This document shows positions 29,830-42,323 of a stretch of 64,000 nt of DNA, in pieces. Numbering within the stretch: the first letter of the stretch is position 1; each line of letters opens with the position of its first letter. Made by a program: the position numbers and the translations under genes. The DNA is from Acidimicrobiia bacterium. Lineage in GTDB: Bacteria; Actinomycetota; Acidimicrobiia; Acidimicrobiales; Bin134. The notes under the pieces are model-generated. The model searched no databases and was not told where the DNA came from. It saw nothing but the letters and a program-made list of their open reading frames with translations. Location: the NCBI GenBank assembly GCA_022826705.1, contig JAJDUJ010000012.1, positions 18,486 to 82,485 of the forward strand, written 5' to 3'.

Positions 29830-31856
29830 GCCCCGAGTCTCTTCGCTTGCGGTTGAGCTTCTTGGCCTTGTTGGCCCTGCTGGCTTTCGGTGCGCTGGTG
29901 GCCCGCCTGTGGTTCCTTCAGGTGTTGAGTTCTGAGGAGTTTGAGGCCCAGGCCCAATCCAACACCGTCCGGGTGATTTATGAGCCCGCTCCCCGGGGGC
30001 GCGTCTTCGACCGCAGCGGCAATGTGCTGGTGGACAACCGGGAGTCGCTGGTAGTGACGGTGGACCGGTTCACCTACGACACCGAATTCGACGAGGAAGG
30101 ACAAGAAGAGCTGGTGCTGCGCCTGGCCACCGAAATCAGCCGAGCCGGGCAGCTCACCAAGATATTCGAGATCAACGACGCGCTTGACGACCCCAGATAT
30201 GGCCCCCTCGATTCTGTGCCGGTGGCCGATGACGTTACCGAAGACTTCGAGATCGTTCTGGCTGAGCGGGCCGACGAGTTCCCCGGTGTGGGCACCGTTG
30301 TCCGCAGCGTCCGCACTTACCCCTACGGCGACCTGGCCGCTCACATTCTCGGCTATGTCTCCTTGCTCAGCGAGGAGCAATACGAGTTGGTAGCCGATGA
30401 TCCCAAGACCTATCGGCGCAATGACGAGATCGGCCAGACTGGAATCGAGGCGTCCTTCGAGTCGGTACTCCGAGGCACGCCCGGCTTCAAGAGGTTGGAA
30501 GTGGACAACGTGGGCGATCCAGTGCAGGTGTTGGAGCAGGTGGATCCCGTTGCCGGCGCCGACGTCCACCTCACTTTGGACATCGACGTCCAGGCGCTGG
30601 CCGAGAAAGAGCTCTTGGCCGGCCTAGCCGAAGCTCGTCAGCAGGAGACCGACGACCCCAATGATCCTCCGTTCAAGGCCCCCGGCGGTGCCTTGGTGGT
30701 GTTGGACCCCAACGGCGCCGAGGTCTTGGCCATGGCGTCATTTCCTACGTACTCGCCCAGCGAGTTCGTGAGCGGCTTCTCCGAGTCCCGGTGGGCTCAA
30801 CTCCAAGACCCGGCCAACCACCAACCGCTGCACAACCGGGCCTTGGCCGGCATCTATCCACCGGGGTCCACATTCAAGCTCTTCACCGCCTATGCCGCGA
30901 TGAACAGCGGGGTAATCGGTTCGCGGGGAGTGTTGGACGTTCGCACCCTCTACGAGGACACCGGCACGTATGTGGTGCCGTCTTGCGAGGAGGACGTGAT
31001 CGCCTCGTGCACCTTCCAAAACGCCGAAGAGGCCATCTACGGGCCGGTTGACCTGATCCGGGCCATCATCGTGTCATCCGACGTGTACTTCTACTACTTG
31101 GCCGACACCATGGACCGGGCCGATCGCTTCGACCGGGAGGGAATCCAGAGAACCGCCCAGCTATTCGGGTTCGGAGCGCCGTCGGGCATCGCGCTGCCCG
31201 GCGAAGGCGTGGGCAGGGTGCCCTCCCCGTCGGCGGCCGAGGCCGCAGGAGAGCCCTGGCGAACCGGCGATTCCATCGTTTTGGCCATCGGTCAGGGCGT
31301 GCTGGGGGCCACCCCGTTGCAGCTGGCCAACGGCTACGCCGCGTTCGCCAACGGCGGCACACTGTATGCCCCCAAGATGGTGGACAGGGTGGAGAACCCG
31401 GTTACCGGAGAGGTGATCCAGGGGTTTGCCGATCGGGTGCTCAGCCAGATTTATCTGCCAGGCGCCATCCGAGTGCCGATCCTCGAAGGGCTACTCGGGG
31501 TTACCGCAGAGCTGGAAGGTACTGCCCATTCGGCTTTCTACGGCTTCCCCCATGAGGAGTGGCCGGTGGCGGGAAAGACGGGCACGGCCGAGGTAGTGGG
31601 CCAAGCGGACAACTCGCTGTTTGTAGCCTTTGGCCCCAATCCGAATCCCGAGTATGTGGTGGTGGCAATCATGGAGGAGTCGGGATTCGGGGCATCGGTG
31701 GCTGCCCCCGCCGTTCGCCGGGTTCTGGAGCCAATCGCCACCAACTCGGTTCCGGCGGTGCGTACCATCGACGATCTCGCCGAGCTGGGCGGAACGATCG
31801 GTGAAGACGAGGCCGAAGACGAAGTCGACGCCGCAGAATCGGGGGGTGCGGCCTGA
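29826..31856 (+). CDS. mrdA: Penicillin-binding protein 2
   Basis: APRGRVFDR, STFK, SSD (SxN variant), KTG. Confidence 0.95.
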   Translation: MSPESLRLRLSFLALLALLAFGALVARLWFLQVLSSEEFEAQAQSNTVRVIYEPAPRGRVFDRSGNVLVDNRESLVVTVDRFTYDTEFDEEGQEELVLRLATEISRAGQLTKIFEINDALDDPRYGPLDSVPVADDVTEDFEIVLAERADEFPGVGTVVRSVRTYPYGDLAAHILGYVSLLSEEQYELVADDPKTYRRNDEIGQTGIEASFESVLRGTPGFKRLEVDNVGDPVQVLEQVDPVAGADVHLTLDIDVQALAEKELLAGLAEARQQETDDPNDPPFKAPGGALVVLDPNGAEVLAMASFPTYSPSEFVSGFSESRWAQLQDPANHQPLHNRALAGIYPPGSTFKLFTAYAAMNSGVIGSRGVLDVRTLYEDTGTYVVPSCEEDVIASCTFQNAEEAIYGPVDLIRAIIVSSDVYFYYLADTMDRADRFDREGIQRTAQLFGFGAPSGIALPGEGVGRVPSPSAAEAAGEPWRTGDSIVLAIGQGVLGATPLQLANGYAAFANGGTLYAPKMVDRVENPVTGEVIQGFADRVLSQIYLPGAIRVPILEGLLGVTAELEGTAHSAFYGFPHEEWPVAGKTGTAEVVGQADNSLFVAFGPNPNPEYVVVAIMEESGFGASVAAPAVRRVLEPIATNSVPAVRTIDDLAELGGTIGEDEAEDEVDAAESGGAA

Positions 31857-33016
31857 TGGCAGTTATCTCCTTGGAGGAGCGCCGCCTGCGGGAACGGGAG
31901 CTGAACCCCCGCAGCCGTCCGTATGCACCGTGGATGCACATTGATGTGCTGCTGGTGCTGGCTGCGGCCGGCCTGGCCGCCATCGGGATCGCGGCCATCT
32001 ACAGCACCACTCGGGGCCGCGACCCGGAGAACTTCGACTCCTTCTTCTTGGAGCGCCAGACGCTGTTCGCGGTGGCTGGCGCGTTGTTCATGGTGTTCGC
32101 GGCGTGGTTCCCGTATCAGGAGCTGTCCAAGTTCGCGATGGCCATCTATGTGGCAGGGCTCTTGGCCCTGATCGTGGTGTTGAGCCCCCTGGGCGAGGAG
32201 GTCAACGGTGCTCGATCGTGGTACCGGTTCGGCGATTTCCAGCTACAGCCCTCCGAGTTCCAGAAGCTCGCCGTGATCGTGGCGGTGGCGGCCTTCTTGT
32301 CCCGATATGAGGACCACATGACCGTGCCTCGGGTGTTCTTTGCCGTGGGCATTGTGGCGTGGCCCGGACTCTTGGTTCTGCTCCAGCCCGATGTGGGCAC
32401 CGCACTCATCTACGTGTTCATCGGGTTCGTGTTGCTACTCATCGGCGGCATCCGCTTTCGCCAGGTGCTCGGCATTGCGCTGATCGCTGTCACGGTGGTG
32501 ACCCTGATGGTGAACTCCAACATGTTGGAGGAGTATCAGACCAACCGGCTCCGAACCTTCGTGGATCCCACCACCGGCATCACCGAGGCCGGCTTCCAGC
32601 AGCGCCAGGCCCAGATCGCCATCGGCAACGGCGGGGTGAGCGGCAAGGGCTACGGCGAGGGCTCCCAGACGCTCAGCGGATTGGTGCCCCAGCAGCACAC
32701 CGACTTCATATTCACCGTGATCGGCGAAGAGTTCGGCTTCGTCGGCTCGGCCACCACCTTGGGGCTATATGCCATCTTGCTGCTGCGGATACTCCAGGCC
32801 GCCCGGCTGGCCAAAGACCGGTTCGGCGCGCTCATCTGCTCGGGGATCTTCGCCATGATCCTGTTTCAGATGTTCGAGGCGGTGGGCATGACGCTGGGCA
32901 TCACCCCCATCACCGGAATTCCACTGCCTTTGGTATCTTACGGGGGTTCTTCGGCCATTGCCACCCTGATTGGCCTCGGCTTGGTGCTCAACGTCCGCAT
33001 GCGGCGGTTTACCTAA
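31856..33016 (+). CDS. rodA: Rod shape-determining protein RodA (SEDS)
   Basis: QPSEF.K, QPDVGT, HTDFIF, GIPLPLVSYGGS. Confidence 0.95.
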   Translation: MAVISLEERRLRERELNPRSRPYAPWMHIDVLLVLAAAGLAAIGIAAIYSTTRGRDPENFDSFFLERQTLFAVAGALFMVFAAWFPYQELSKFAMAIYVAGLLALIVVLSPLGEEVNGARSWYRFGDFQLQPSEFQKLAVIVAVAAFLSRYEDHMTVPRVFFAVGIVAWPGLLVLLQPDVGTALIYVFIGFVLLLIGGIRFRQVLGIALIAVTVVTLMVNSNMLEEYQTNRLRTFVDPTTGITEAGFQQRQAQIAIGNGGVSGKGYGEGSQTLSGLVPQQHTDFIFTVIGEEFGFVGSATTLGLYAILLLRILQAARLAKDRFGALICSGIFAMILFQMFEAVGMTLGITPITGIPLPLVSYGGSSAIATLIGLGLVLNVRMRRFT

Positions 33017-33108
33017 GGTGATCTGGTCTGGTGGCCATGCGGCGGTTTACCTGAGGTGGTCTGGCCTGGTGGCTATCCGGCGATTCGTCTGAACTGGTTC
33101 TGGTAGGC
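32998..33108 (+). repeat. 38-bp-period tandem repeat containing the rodA 3' end (three copies, progressively decayed)
   Basis: catgcggcggtttacctRaggtgRtctggYctggtggc at 32998 and 33036; degenerate copy at 33074. Confidence 0.88.
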
Positions 33109-33134
33109 AGGGGGCCGGCGGTAGATTGGTACTG

Positions 33135-35084
33135 ATGTCCCTTTGGCCTGAATTGGAGCTAGTGCTGCCCGAAGTGTCGAAGCCGGCGCGCTACATCGGC
33201 GGCGAAGGCGGCATGGTGGAACCGGAGCACCATCCGTCCAGGGTGGCCTGGCTTCTGGCCTATCCCGACACCTATGAGATAGGACTGCCCAATCAGGGCC
33301 TCCAGATTCTCTACGAGATCCTCAACGAACGGGACGACGCGGTGGCTGAGCGGGCCTACGCCCCCTGGGTGGACATGGAGGCCGAGATGCGGGCGGCGGG
33401 CCTGCCGCTGTTCTCGGTGGACACCCATCGCCGGGCCGGGGAATTCGACGTGCTGGCGTTCAACCTGTCGGCTGAGTTGGTGTACACCAACCTGCTCAAC
33501 TGCATCGACCTGGCGGGGGCCCCGGTGCGGGCCGATCAGCGGGCCGACGACGACCTACTGATTGGCGCGGGCGGGCATTGCACCTACAACCCCGAGCCGC
33601 TGGCCGATTTCGTCGACTTCTTCGTGCTGGGCGATGGCGAGGAGGTGGTCTCCGAGATCAACGCCGCGGTCAGCGACTGGAAGCGGGCGGGCAAGAGGTC
33701 TCGCCAGTCGGTGCTGCGGGCTTTGGCCGCGGTGGAGGGCGTATACGTGCCTTCGCTCTACGACGTGGTCTACGACGGCCCCGCACTGGTATCGATCACC
33801 CCTCGGTTCGCCGATGTGCCCGCGGTGGTGGAGAAGCGCACCGTGGCCGATCTGGCCGCCTGGCCCTACCCCAAGCGGCAACTGGTGCCGCTTACCGAGG
33901 TGGTTCACGATCGGCTCAACGTGGAGGTGTTCCGAGGCTGCACCCGGGGATGCCGGTTCTGCCAGGCAGGGATGATCACCCGTCCGGTGCGGGAGCGGCC
34001 CGCCGAGCAGGTCCGCACCATGGTGGCCGACGGACTGGCCCGATCCGGCTATGACGAGGTGGCGCTCACCTCGCTGTCCACCGCCGATTTCAGCGGGATC
34101 ACCGAGGTGGTGTCCGCCACCATGGACTGCGGTGCCGGTGAGGTGTCGGTGTCGCTGCCCAGTCTGCGGGTGGACGCCTTCACCGTGGGGCTGGCTGCTC
34201 AGATCCAGCGGGCCCGGCGCACTGGCTTGACCTTCGCTCCCGAGGCCGGGTCGTGGCGGATGCGCCAGGTGATCAACAAGCTCATCGACGAGCGTGACCT
34301 CTACGGTGCGGTGGAGTCGGCCTTCTCCCAGGGGTGGCGGCGCATGAAGCTCTACTTCCTCACCGGGCTTCCCACCGAGACCGACGTGGACACTCTGGCC
34401 ATCGGAGAGCTGGCCCGCAACTGCGTTGAGTTGGGCCGGGCCCACACCAAGAACCCCTCGGTGACGGTGTCGCTGGGCGGGTTCGTGCCCAAGCCGTTCA
34501 CCCCCTTCCAGTGGTTCGGCCAGAACACGGTGGCCGAGCTGCAACGCAAGATCTTCTTGCTGCGCGACGACATCAAGCGGAACCGGGGTGTGCAGATGAA
34601 GTGGCACGACCCCAAGGCCAGCCTGGTGGAGGGCATCGCCAGCCGCGGCGACCGCCGCATCGGGCGGGTCATCGAGGAGGTGTGGCGAAAGGGGGGCACG
34701 TTCCAGGAGTGGTCCGAGCACTTCGACTACGACCGCTGGACGCAGGCCATGGACCGACACGGCCTGTCGGTGGACTGGTATGTGCATCGACACCGCACCG
34801 AGGACGAGGTTCTGCCCTGGGATCAACTGTCGGCGGGATTGCACAAAGACTTCTTGTGGCAGGACTGGCGGGATGCCCTCAACGAGGTGGGCTTGGAGGA
34901 CTGCCGGTGGACCCCGTGCTACGACTGCGGGGCCTGCACCGGCTACAGCATCGAGCACATTGTGGCCTCTGCGGTGCCCCCGGCCGGGGGCAGCCAGGGG
35001 ACCGGTCAAGTTCCCACTGGCTACCAGCCCCCCCGGGCGGTGGAGGTGCATCTTTCTGGCGTTGGGGAGAGGGCCTCATCGTGA
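33135..35084 (+). CDS. TIGR03960-type B12-binding radical SAM protein
   Basis: KPARYIGGE, YPDTYEIGLPN, RGCTRGCRFC; conserved position after rodA. Confidence 0.92.
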   Translation: MSLWPELELVLPEVSKPARYIGGEGGMVEPEHHPSRVAWLLAYPDTYEIGLPNQGLQILYEILNERDDAVAERAYAPWVDMEAEMRAAGLPLFSVDTHRRAGEFDVLAFNLSAELVYTNLLNCIDLAGAPVRADQRADDDLLIGAGGHCTYNPEPLADFVDFFVLGDGEEVVSEINAAVSDWKRAGKRSRQSVLRALAAVEGVYVPSLYDVVYDGPALVSITPRFADVPAVVEKRTVADLAAWPYPKRQLVPLTEVVHDRLNVEVFRGCTRGCRFCQAGMITRPVRERPAEQVRTMVADGLARSGYDEVALTSLSTADFSGITEVVSATMDCGAGEVSVSLPSLRVDAFTVGLAAQIQRARRTGLTFAPEAGSWRMRQVINKLIDERDLYGAVESAFSQGWRRMKLYFLTGLPTETDVDTLAIGELARNCVELGRAHTKNPSVTVSLGGFVPKPFTPFQWFGQNTVAELQRKIFLLRDDIKRNRGVQMKWHDPKASLVEGIASRGDRRIGRVIEEVWRKGGTFQEWSEHFDYDRWTQAMDRHGLSVDWYVHRHRTEDEVLPWDQLSAGLHKDFLWQDWRDALNEVGLEDCRWTPCYDCGACTGYSIEHIVASAVPPAGGSQGTGQVPTGYQPPRAVEVHLSGVGERASS

Positions 35085-35812
35085 ACCCGAATCAAGCACC
35101 TCGCACTCGGATTCGGCTGCGTTACAGCAAAGCCGGGCGTATCCGGTTCACCAGCCATCGGGATGTGGCCAGGATCTGGGAGCGCTCACTGCGGCGAACT
35201 GGGCTGCCGGTGGCTCAGACCGAGGGGTTCTCGCCCCGGGCCAAGCTGCATTTCGGACTGGCGTTGGCCACCGGCTATGAGTCCGAGGCCGAGTATCTGG
35301 ACGTCGACTTCAAGTGTGCCGATGTCGCGGCGCCAGACGTGCTGGATGCCCTGGTCAGCGTGTTGCCCGACGGGATCGCCGCCACCGGGGGATCGGTGCT
35401 ATTGCCCGGCGCGATGTCGTTGCAGCAGGCGGTGACCAGCTGCGACTGGGACATCGAGCTGATCGACGTGACCGCCGACGATCTTGCCGAATGGGTAGAT
35501 CGGGTGCGCGGTGCGGCTACGATAGTGATTACGCGAGAACGCAAGGGACAGCAGATCACCGACGACCTCGCCCCTCAGATACGGGCATTGGAGGTCGGTG
35601 AATCGACGAGTCGGGGGGTTCGCCTTTTGGCCACTCTGGGCACCCAGCCGCGGGCAGCTCGACCGTCGGAGCTCTTGACTGTTTTTGAACCGCAGTACCG
35701 CCCGGTGCTGATTCAGCGCACTCGTCAATGGATTGAGCAGGATGGCGCCCGCCTAGAGCCGCTAATGGTCGGCGCAGCCCCTGCTCAGCACACCCCGGTT
35801 GGTGTGCAATGA
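35081..35812 (+). CDS. TIGR03936/DUF2344 radical SAM-linked protein
   Basis: RYSKAGRIRFTSHRD, TEGFSPR, ESEAEY. Confidence 0.88.
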   Translation: MNPNQAPRTRIRLRYSKAGRIRFTSHRDVARIWERSLRRTGLPVAQTEGFSPRAKLHFGLALATGYESEAEYLDVDFKCADVAAPDVLDALVSVLPDGIAATGGSVLLPGAMSLQQAVTSCDWDIELIDVTADDLAEWVDRVRGAATIVITRERKGQQITDDLAPQIRALEVGESTSRGVRLLATLGTQPRAARPSELLTVFEPQYRPVLIQRTRQWIEQDGARLEPLMVGAAPAQHTPVGVQ

Positions 35813-35827
35813 GAAAGGACTACAGAG

Positions 35828-37459
35828 ATGACCGAAAGTCGCCCAAAGATCGGCGATACTCGCCCCGCGCCTGCTTCTTCTGGCGGTAAGCCAAAGATCG
35901 GCGATACTCGCCCCGCTCCACCGCCTTCTGACAGCCGTCCCAAGATTGGCGATTCCCGACCCGCGCCGAGCGGGAATGGATCGGGTTCAGACGGGGGCTC
36001 GGGCGGAGGCGGTTCCGGATCGGGTCGCAAGCGCCGTCGCCGTCGAGGCGGGCGGGGCCGCGGAGGAGGCAGCCGTCCGGTGCAGCCGGTGGAGCACCGA
36101 GTGTCGGACGGTCCGGTAGAGCTGGACGAGAAGACTCTGGAGCGCCGTCGGGGCCGCCGTCGCAAGGGCCGGCCGGTGGGCCGCTACATGATGCTGGTCC
36201 AGGTCCGCCCGGAAGTCACCCAGATCGCGGTGTTGGAGGGCCGGGCGCTGATCGAGCACTACGTGTCCCGTCCGGCCGACGACGTCGGGGAGATCCACGG
36301 CAACATCTATCTGGGTCGGGTCCAAAACGTGCTGCCCGGCATGGAGGCCGCCTTCGTGGACATCGGCACTCCCAAGAATGCGGTGTTGTACCGGGGCGAT
36401 GTGGTGTTCGACCCCGACGATGTGGAGACCTCGAACGGTTCGCCCCGAATCGAGAACCTCTTGGAGGCCCGCCAGACCATCATGTGCCAGGTCACCAAGA
36501 ATCCCATCGCCCACAAGGGGGCCCGGCTGACCCAGGAGGTGTCGCTGCCCGGCCGGTTCGTGGTGCTGGTGCCCAACTCCAAGACCTACGGCATCTCCAA
36601 GCGGCTTCCCGACAAGGAGCGCAAGCGGCTGCGGAAGGTGCTCGACCGGTGCAAGCCGGAAGAGCACGGGATCATCGTGCGCACCGCAGCCGAGAAGATC
36701 ACCGCTGAGGAACTGGAGCGCGACGTGAAGCGGCTGGTATCGCAATGGGAGGAGATCGAGGCCCTGACCAAGAAGGCGAAGGTGCCCGGGCTGCTCTACC
36801 GGGAGCCCGAGATGGCGGTTCGGGTCATCCGGGAGGAGTTCAATCAGGACTTCCGTTCGGTCCACATCGATGATCGCCGCCTGTTCGACGAGGTACACGA
36901 CTACGTGTCCAGCGTGGCCCCCGAACTGGTGGAGCGGCTCGAGTATTACGACGCCGAGAGCGAGCATCTCAGCTTGTTGGAGCGCCATCACGTACACGAG
37001 CAGTTCGTCAAGGCTCTGGACAAGAAGGTGTGGCTCCCGGGTGGCGGATCGCTGATCATCGAGAGCACTGAAGCGCTCACCGTCATCGACGTGAACACCG
37101 GCAAGAACGTCGGCGACTCCAACCTGGAGGAGACCGTGTTCCGCAACAACCTGGAGGCGGCTCAGGAGATTCCCCGGCAGCTTCGGTTGCGCGACATCGG
37201 TGGGATCATCGTGATCGACTTCGTGGACATGGAGAAGCGGGGCAACCGCGAAGAGCTCATGAAGGTATTCCGGGAGTCCCTGGCTTGGGACAAGACCCGC
37301 ACACAGGTGCTGGACATCTCCGAATTGGGCTTGGTGGAGATGACCCGAAAGCGCATTGGCGAGGGCCTGCTGGAGTCGTGCTCTTCGGTCTGCCCCACCT
37401 GCGAGGGGCGGGGCCTGGAGCTCGACCGACAGCTAGTAAGAACCCGTCGAGACAGGTAG
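35828..37459 (+). CDS. rne: Ribonuclease E/G family
   Basis: GNIYLGRVQNVLPGMEAAFVDIG, IDVNTG, RLRDIGGIIVIDF, CPTCEGRG. Confidence 0.95.
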   Translation: MTESRPKIGDTRPAPASSGGKPKIGDTRPAPPPSDSRPKIGDSRPAPSGNGSGSDGGSGGGGSGSGRKRRRRRGGRGRGGGSRPVQPVEHRVSDGPVELDEKTLERRRGRRRKGRPVGRYMMLVQVRPEVTQIAVLEGRALIEHYVSRPADDVGEIHGNIYLGRVQNVLPGMEAAFVDIGTPKNAVLYRGDVVFDPDDVETSNGSPRIENLLEARQTIMCQVTKNPIAHKGARLTQEVSLPGRFVVLVPNSKTYGISKRLPDKERKRLRKVLDRCKPEEHGIIVRTAAEKITAEELERDVKRLVSQWEEIEALTKKAKVPGLLYREPEMAVRVIREEFNQDFRSVHIDDRRLFDEVHDYVSSVAPELVERLEYYDAESEHLSLLERHHVHEQFVKALDKKVWLPGGGSLIIESTEALTVIDVNTGKNVGDSNLEETVFRNNLEAAQEIPRQLRLRDIGGIIVIDFVDMEKRGNREELMKVFRESLAWDKTRTQVLDISELGLVEMTRKRIGEGLLESCSSVCPTCEGRGLELDRQLVRTRRDR

Positions 37460-37469
37460 CCTTGGACAG

Positions 37470-37775
37470 GTGTATGCCGTTATCCGCACCGGCGGAAAGC
37501 AGTACAAGGTTGAAGAGGGCCAGATCCTCGATGTGGAGCTGCTGGGCGAACCCGGGGCTGAGGTCGAGCTGATCCCGCTGTTGTTGGTGGACGGCGACTC
37601 GGTGACCGCCGCCCCCGATCAGCTCGGCAAGGCCAAGGTCACCGCCACAGTGGTGGACTTGGTCAAAGACCGCAAGATCAACGGTTTCACTTACAAGAAC
37701 AAGAGCAACCAGCGTCGGCGGTGGGGCCATCGCCAGCGCAAGTCCCGCATTCAGATCACGGCGATCAAGGCGTAG
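37470..37775 (+). CDS. rplU: 50S ribosomal protein L21
   Basis: [18 protein letters not shown]. Confidence 0.97.
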   Translation: MYAVIRTGGKQYKVEEGQILDVELLGEPGAEVELIPLLLVDGDSVTAAPDQLGKAKVTATVVDLVKDRKINGFTYKNKSNQRRRWGHRQRKSRIQITAIKA

Positions 37776-37786
37776 AGGAGCGAACG

Positions 37787-40487
<2,701 letters not shown>

Positions 40488-40497
40488 TCGGCCCTAG

Positions 40498-42192
40498 TTA
40501 CCGCCTGACAAATGTAGCCCTGATCCGGGCCATGGCCTGTTCCATCAGGGTGGCGGCTTCCTCAGCCGCGGCCACTCCGGAGCCCCGCCCGAGGATCACA
40601 TACACCCCTCCGGTTACCAGCAAAGCCACCGGCGCGGCCACCAACAGCGGCAGGGGCTCAAAGCCCCAGGCCAGCACTCCGCCCAGCACCGCGGCCGACA
40701 GAGCGGCAACCGCCAGGCGTCTCATCGGACCCCGCACCGGCTGGCGGCGGCGCAGCAGATAGCGGATCCGATGGCGCAGGATGCCGTACTCCACCCAGGC
40801 TGCCACCGTGCTGCCCAGGGCCAGGCCCACCGCTCCCAGCCGCACGGCGCCCTCGGCCCGCTCGGCGTCCGACAGCGGTGACAGCACCTGGAAGTCGCCC
40901 AGCCGCTCCACGCTGCCGTTGACCACCCCATAGGAGTCGAAGCTGAACATGAGCAGAATCCCGACCCCGGCGGCCAGCACCACTCGCACCACCGCCACCC
41001 GGGCCGGGCCTTTGGCATCGCCTGCCGCGAAGCAGGCGTTCTGAAGCAGGCGAGACGACGCCGAGGCCACCAGCCCCAAGGAGTAAGCGGCCAGGATCCA
41101 CCACACCTGCACGGTCTGGTCGCCGTTGAACTGCCCCCGCTCCAGCAGCGCTCCAACGATCAACCCGCCCAGGGTGATGAACGCCACCGCCGAGTACAGA
41201 ACGTAGAACCCGATCCGGTCGAGGCCGGCTTGGAGCCTCCGCACCAGTGCTTCGGGATCGCCTTGCTCCCGGGCCATCTCCGGCAGGTCGCTGGCCGCCA
41301 CGCTCATGGCGAACAGGCTGATGGGCAGGAAATAGATCACCTGGGCGAACCCCAACGCGGCGATGGCCCCGCCGGCGAGCAGCCCGGCCAGGATCAAGTC
41401 CACGTAGGCCGACACCTGAACCACCCCCCGGCCGATGAACGCCGGCCCGAACCGGTTGAGCACCGTGCGCACATCCGGGCGCCGCCAGTTCAGGCTGAGC
41501 CGAAGCGACGGGACGAGCCGCAGCACCAGCGGTACCTGCACCAAGAATTGGAGGGCGCCGCCCACCACGACCCCCCAAGCCGCCATCTTGGCCACGTCGG
41601 AGGCCCGGGTGGAGGGGTCCACGTCGTGCCACACCAGCCAAGCCCCCACCATGAACGCCACCTGGGCGGCGTTCCAGGTCACCGGGGCGGCAAAGGACAA
41701 GAAGAACCGGCGGTGGGCGCTCAGCACCCCCAGGGTCCACGCGGCCAGCACGATGAACCCGATCCCGGCGAACATCACTCGTACCAGTTCGACGGTTAGA
41801 TCAGCGGTGTCGTCGGACAGCCGCCACAACAACAGCGACACCACCGGCTCGGCCAACATCCACCCGGCCAGCACCAATAGCCCGGTGACCACCGCCAACA
41901 GCCCGAACACTGCTCCGGCCAGACGCCCCGCGTCCTTGCGCCGCCCCTGCTCCACCAACTGCGTGTAGATGGGGATGAAGGAGGCCGACAGCACCCCTTC
42001 GCCCAGCAGGTTTTGCAGCAGGCGGGGAATGGTCAAAGCGGCCCGGTAGGCATCGCCGATGCGGCCCGCGCCGATAAACGCGGCCACCGCCACCTCCCGG
42101 CCGATACCCGAAACGCGGGACAGGAAAATCCCCGCACCCACCAGGGCTGCTCCCTTGCCGCTGGGGCGCTCGGAGGTCGGTGTGTCAGCCAT
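40498..42192 (-). CDS. murJ: Lipid II flippase MurJ (MviN)
   Basis: SRVSGIGRE, LLGEGVLSASFIP, polytopic. Confidence 0.9.
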   Translation of the reverse strand: MADTPTSERPSGKGAALVGAGIFLSRVSGIGREVAVAAFIGAGRIGDAYRAALTIPRLLQNLLGEGVLSASFIPIYTQLVEQGRRKDAGRLAGAVFGLLAVVTGLLVLAGWMLAEPVVSLLLWRLSDDTADLTVELVRVMFAGIGFIVLAAWTLGVLSAHRRFFLSFAAPVTWNAAQVAFMVGAWLVWHDVDPSTRASDVAKMAAWGVVVGGALQFLVQVPLVLRLVPSLRLSLNWRRPDVRTVLNRFGPAFIGRGVVQVSAYVDLILAGLLAGGAIAALGFAQVIYFLPISLFAMSVAASDLPEMAREQGDPEALVRRLQAGLDRIGFYVLYSAVAFITLGGLIVGALLERGQFNGDQTVQVWWILAAYSLGLVASASSRLLQNACFAAGDAKGPARVAVVRVVLAAGVGILLMFSFDSYGVVNGSVERLGDFQVLSPLSDAERAEGAVRLGAVGLALGSTVAAWVEYGILRHRIRYLLRRRQPVRGPMRRLAVAALSAAVLGGVLAWGFEPLPLLVAAPVALLVTGGVYVILGRGSGVAAAEEAATLMEQAMARIRATFVRR

Positions 42193-42323
42193 TGTCTTGC
42201 CTCTGGATCGCCCCTTTGCTGCCAGACCGCGGAGCGTTGTTCGGGCCGTTGAGTCGTTGTTCAACCGGTGGAATGCCAAAACACGCTACCGGAGCAGCGG
42301 GTGCAGTCGGGTACGCTCGCGCC

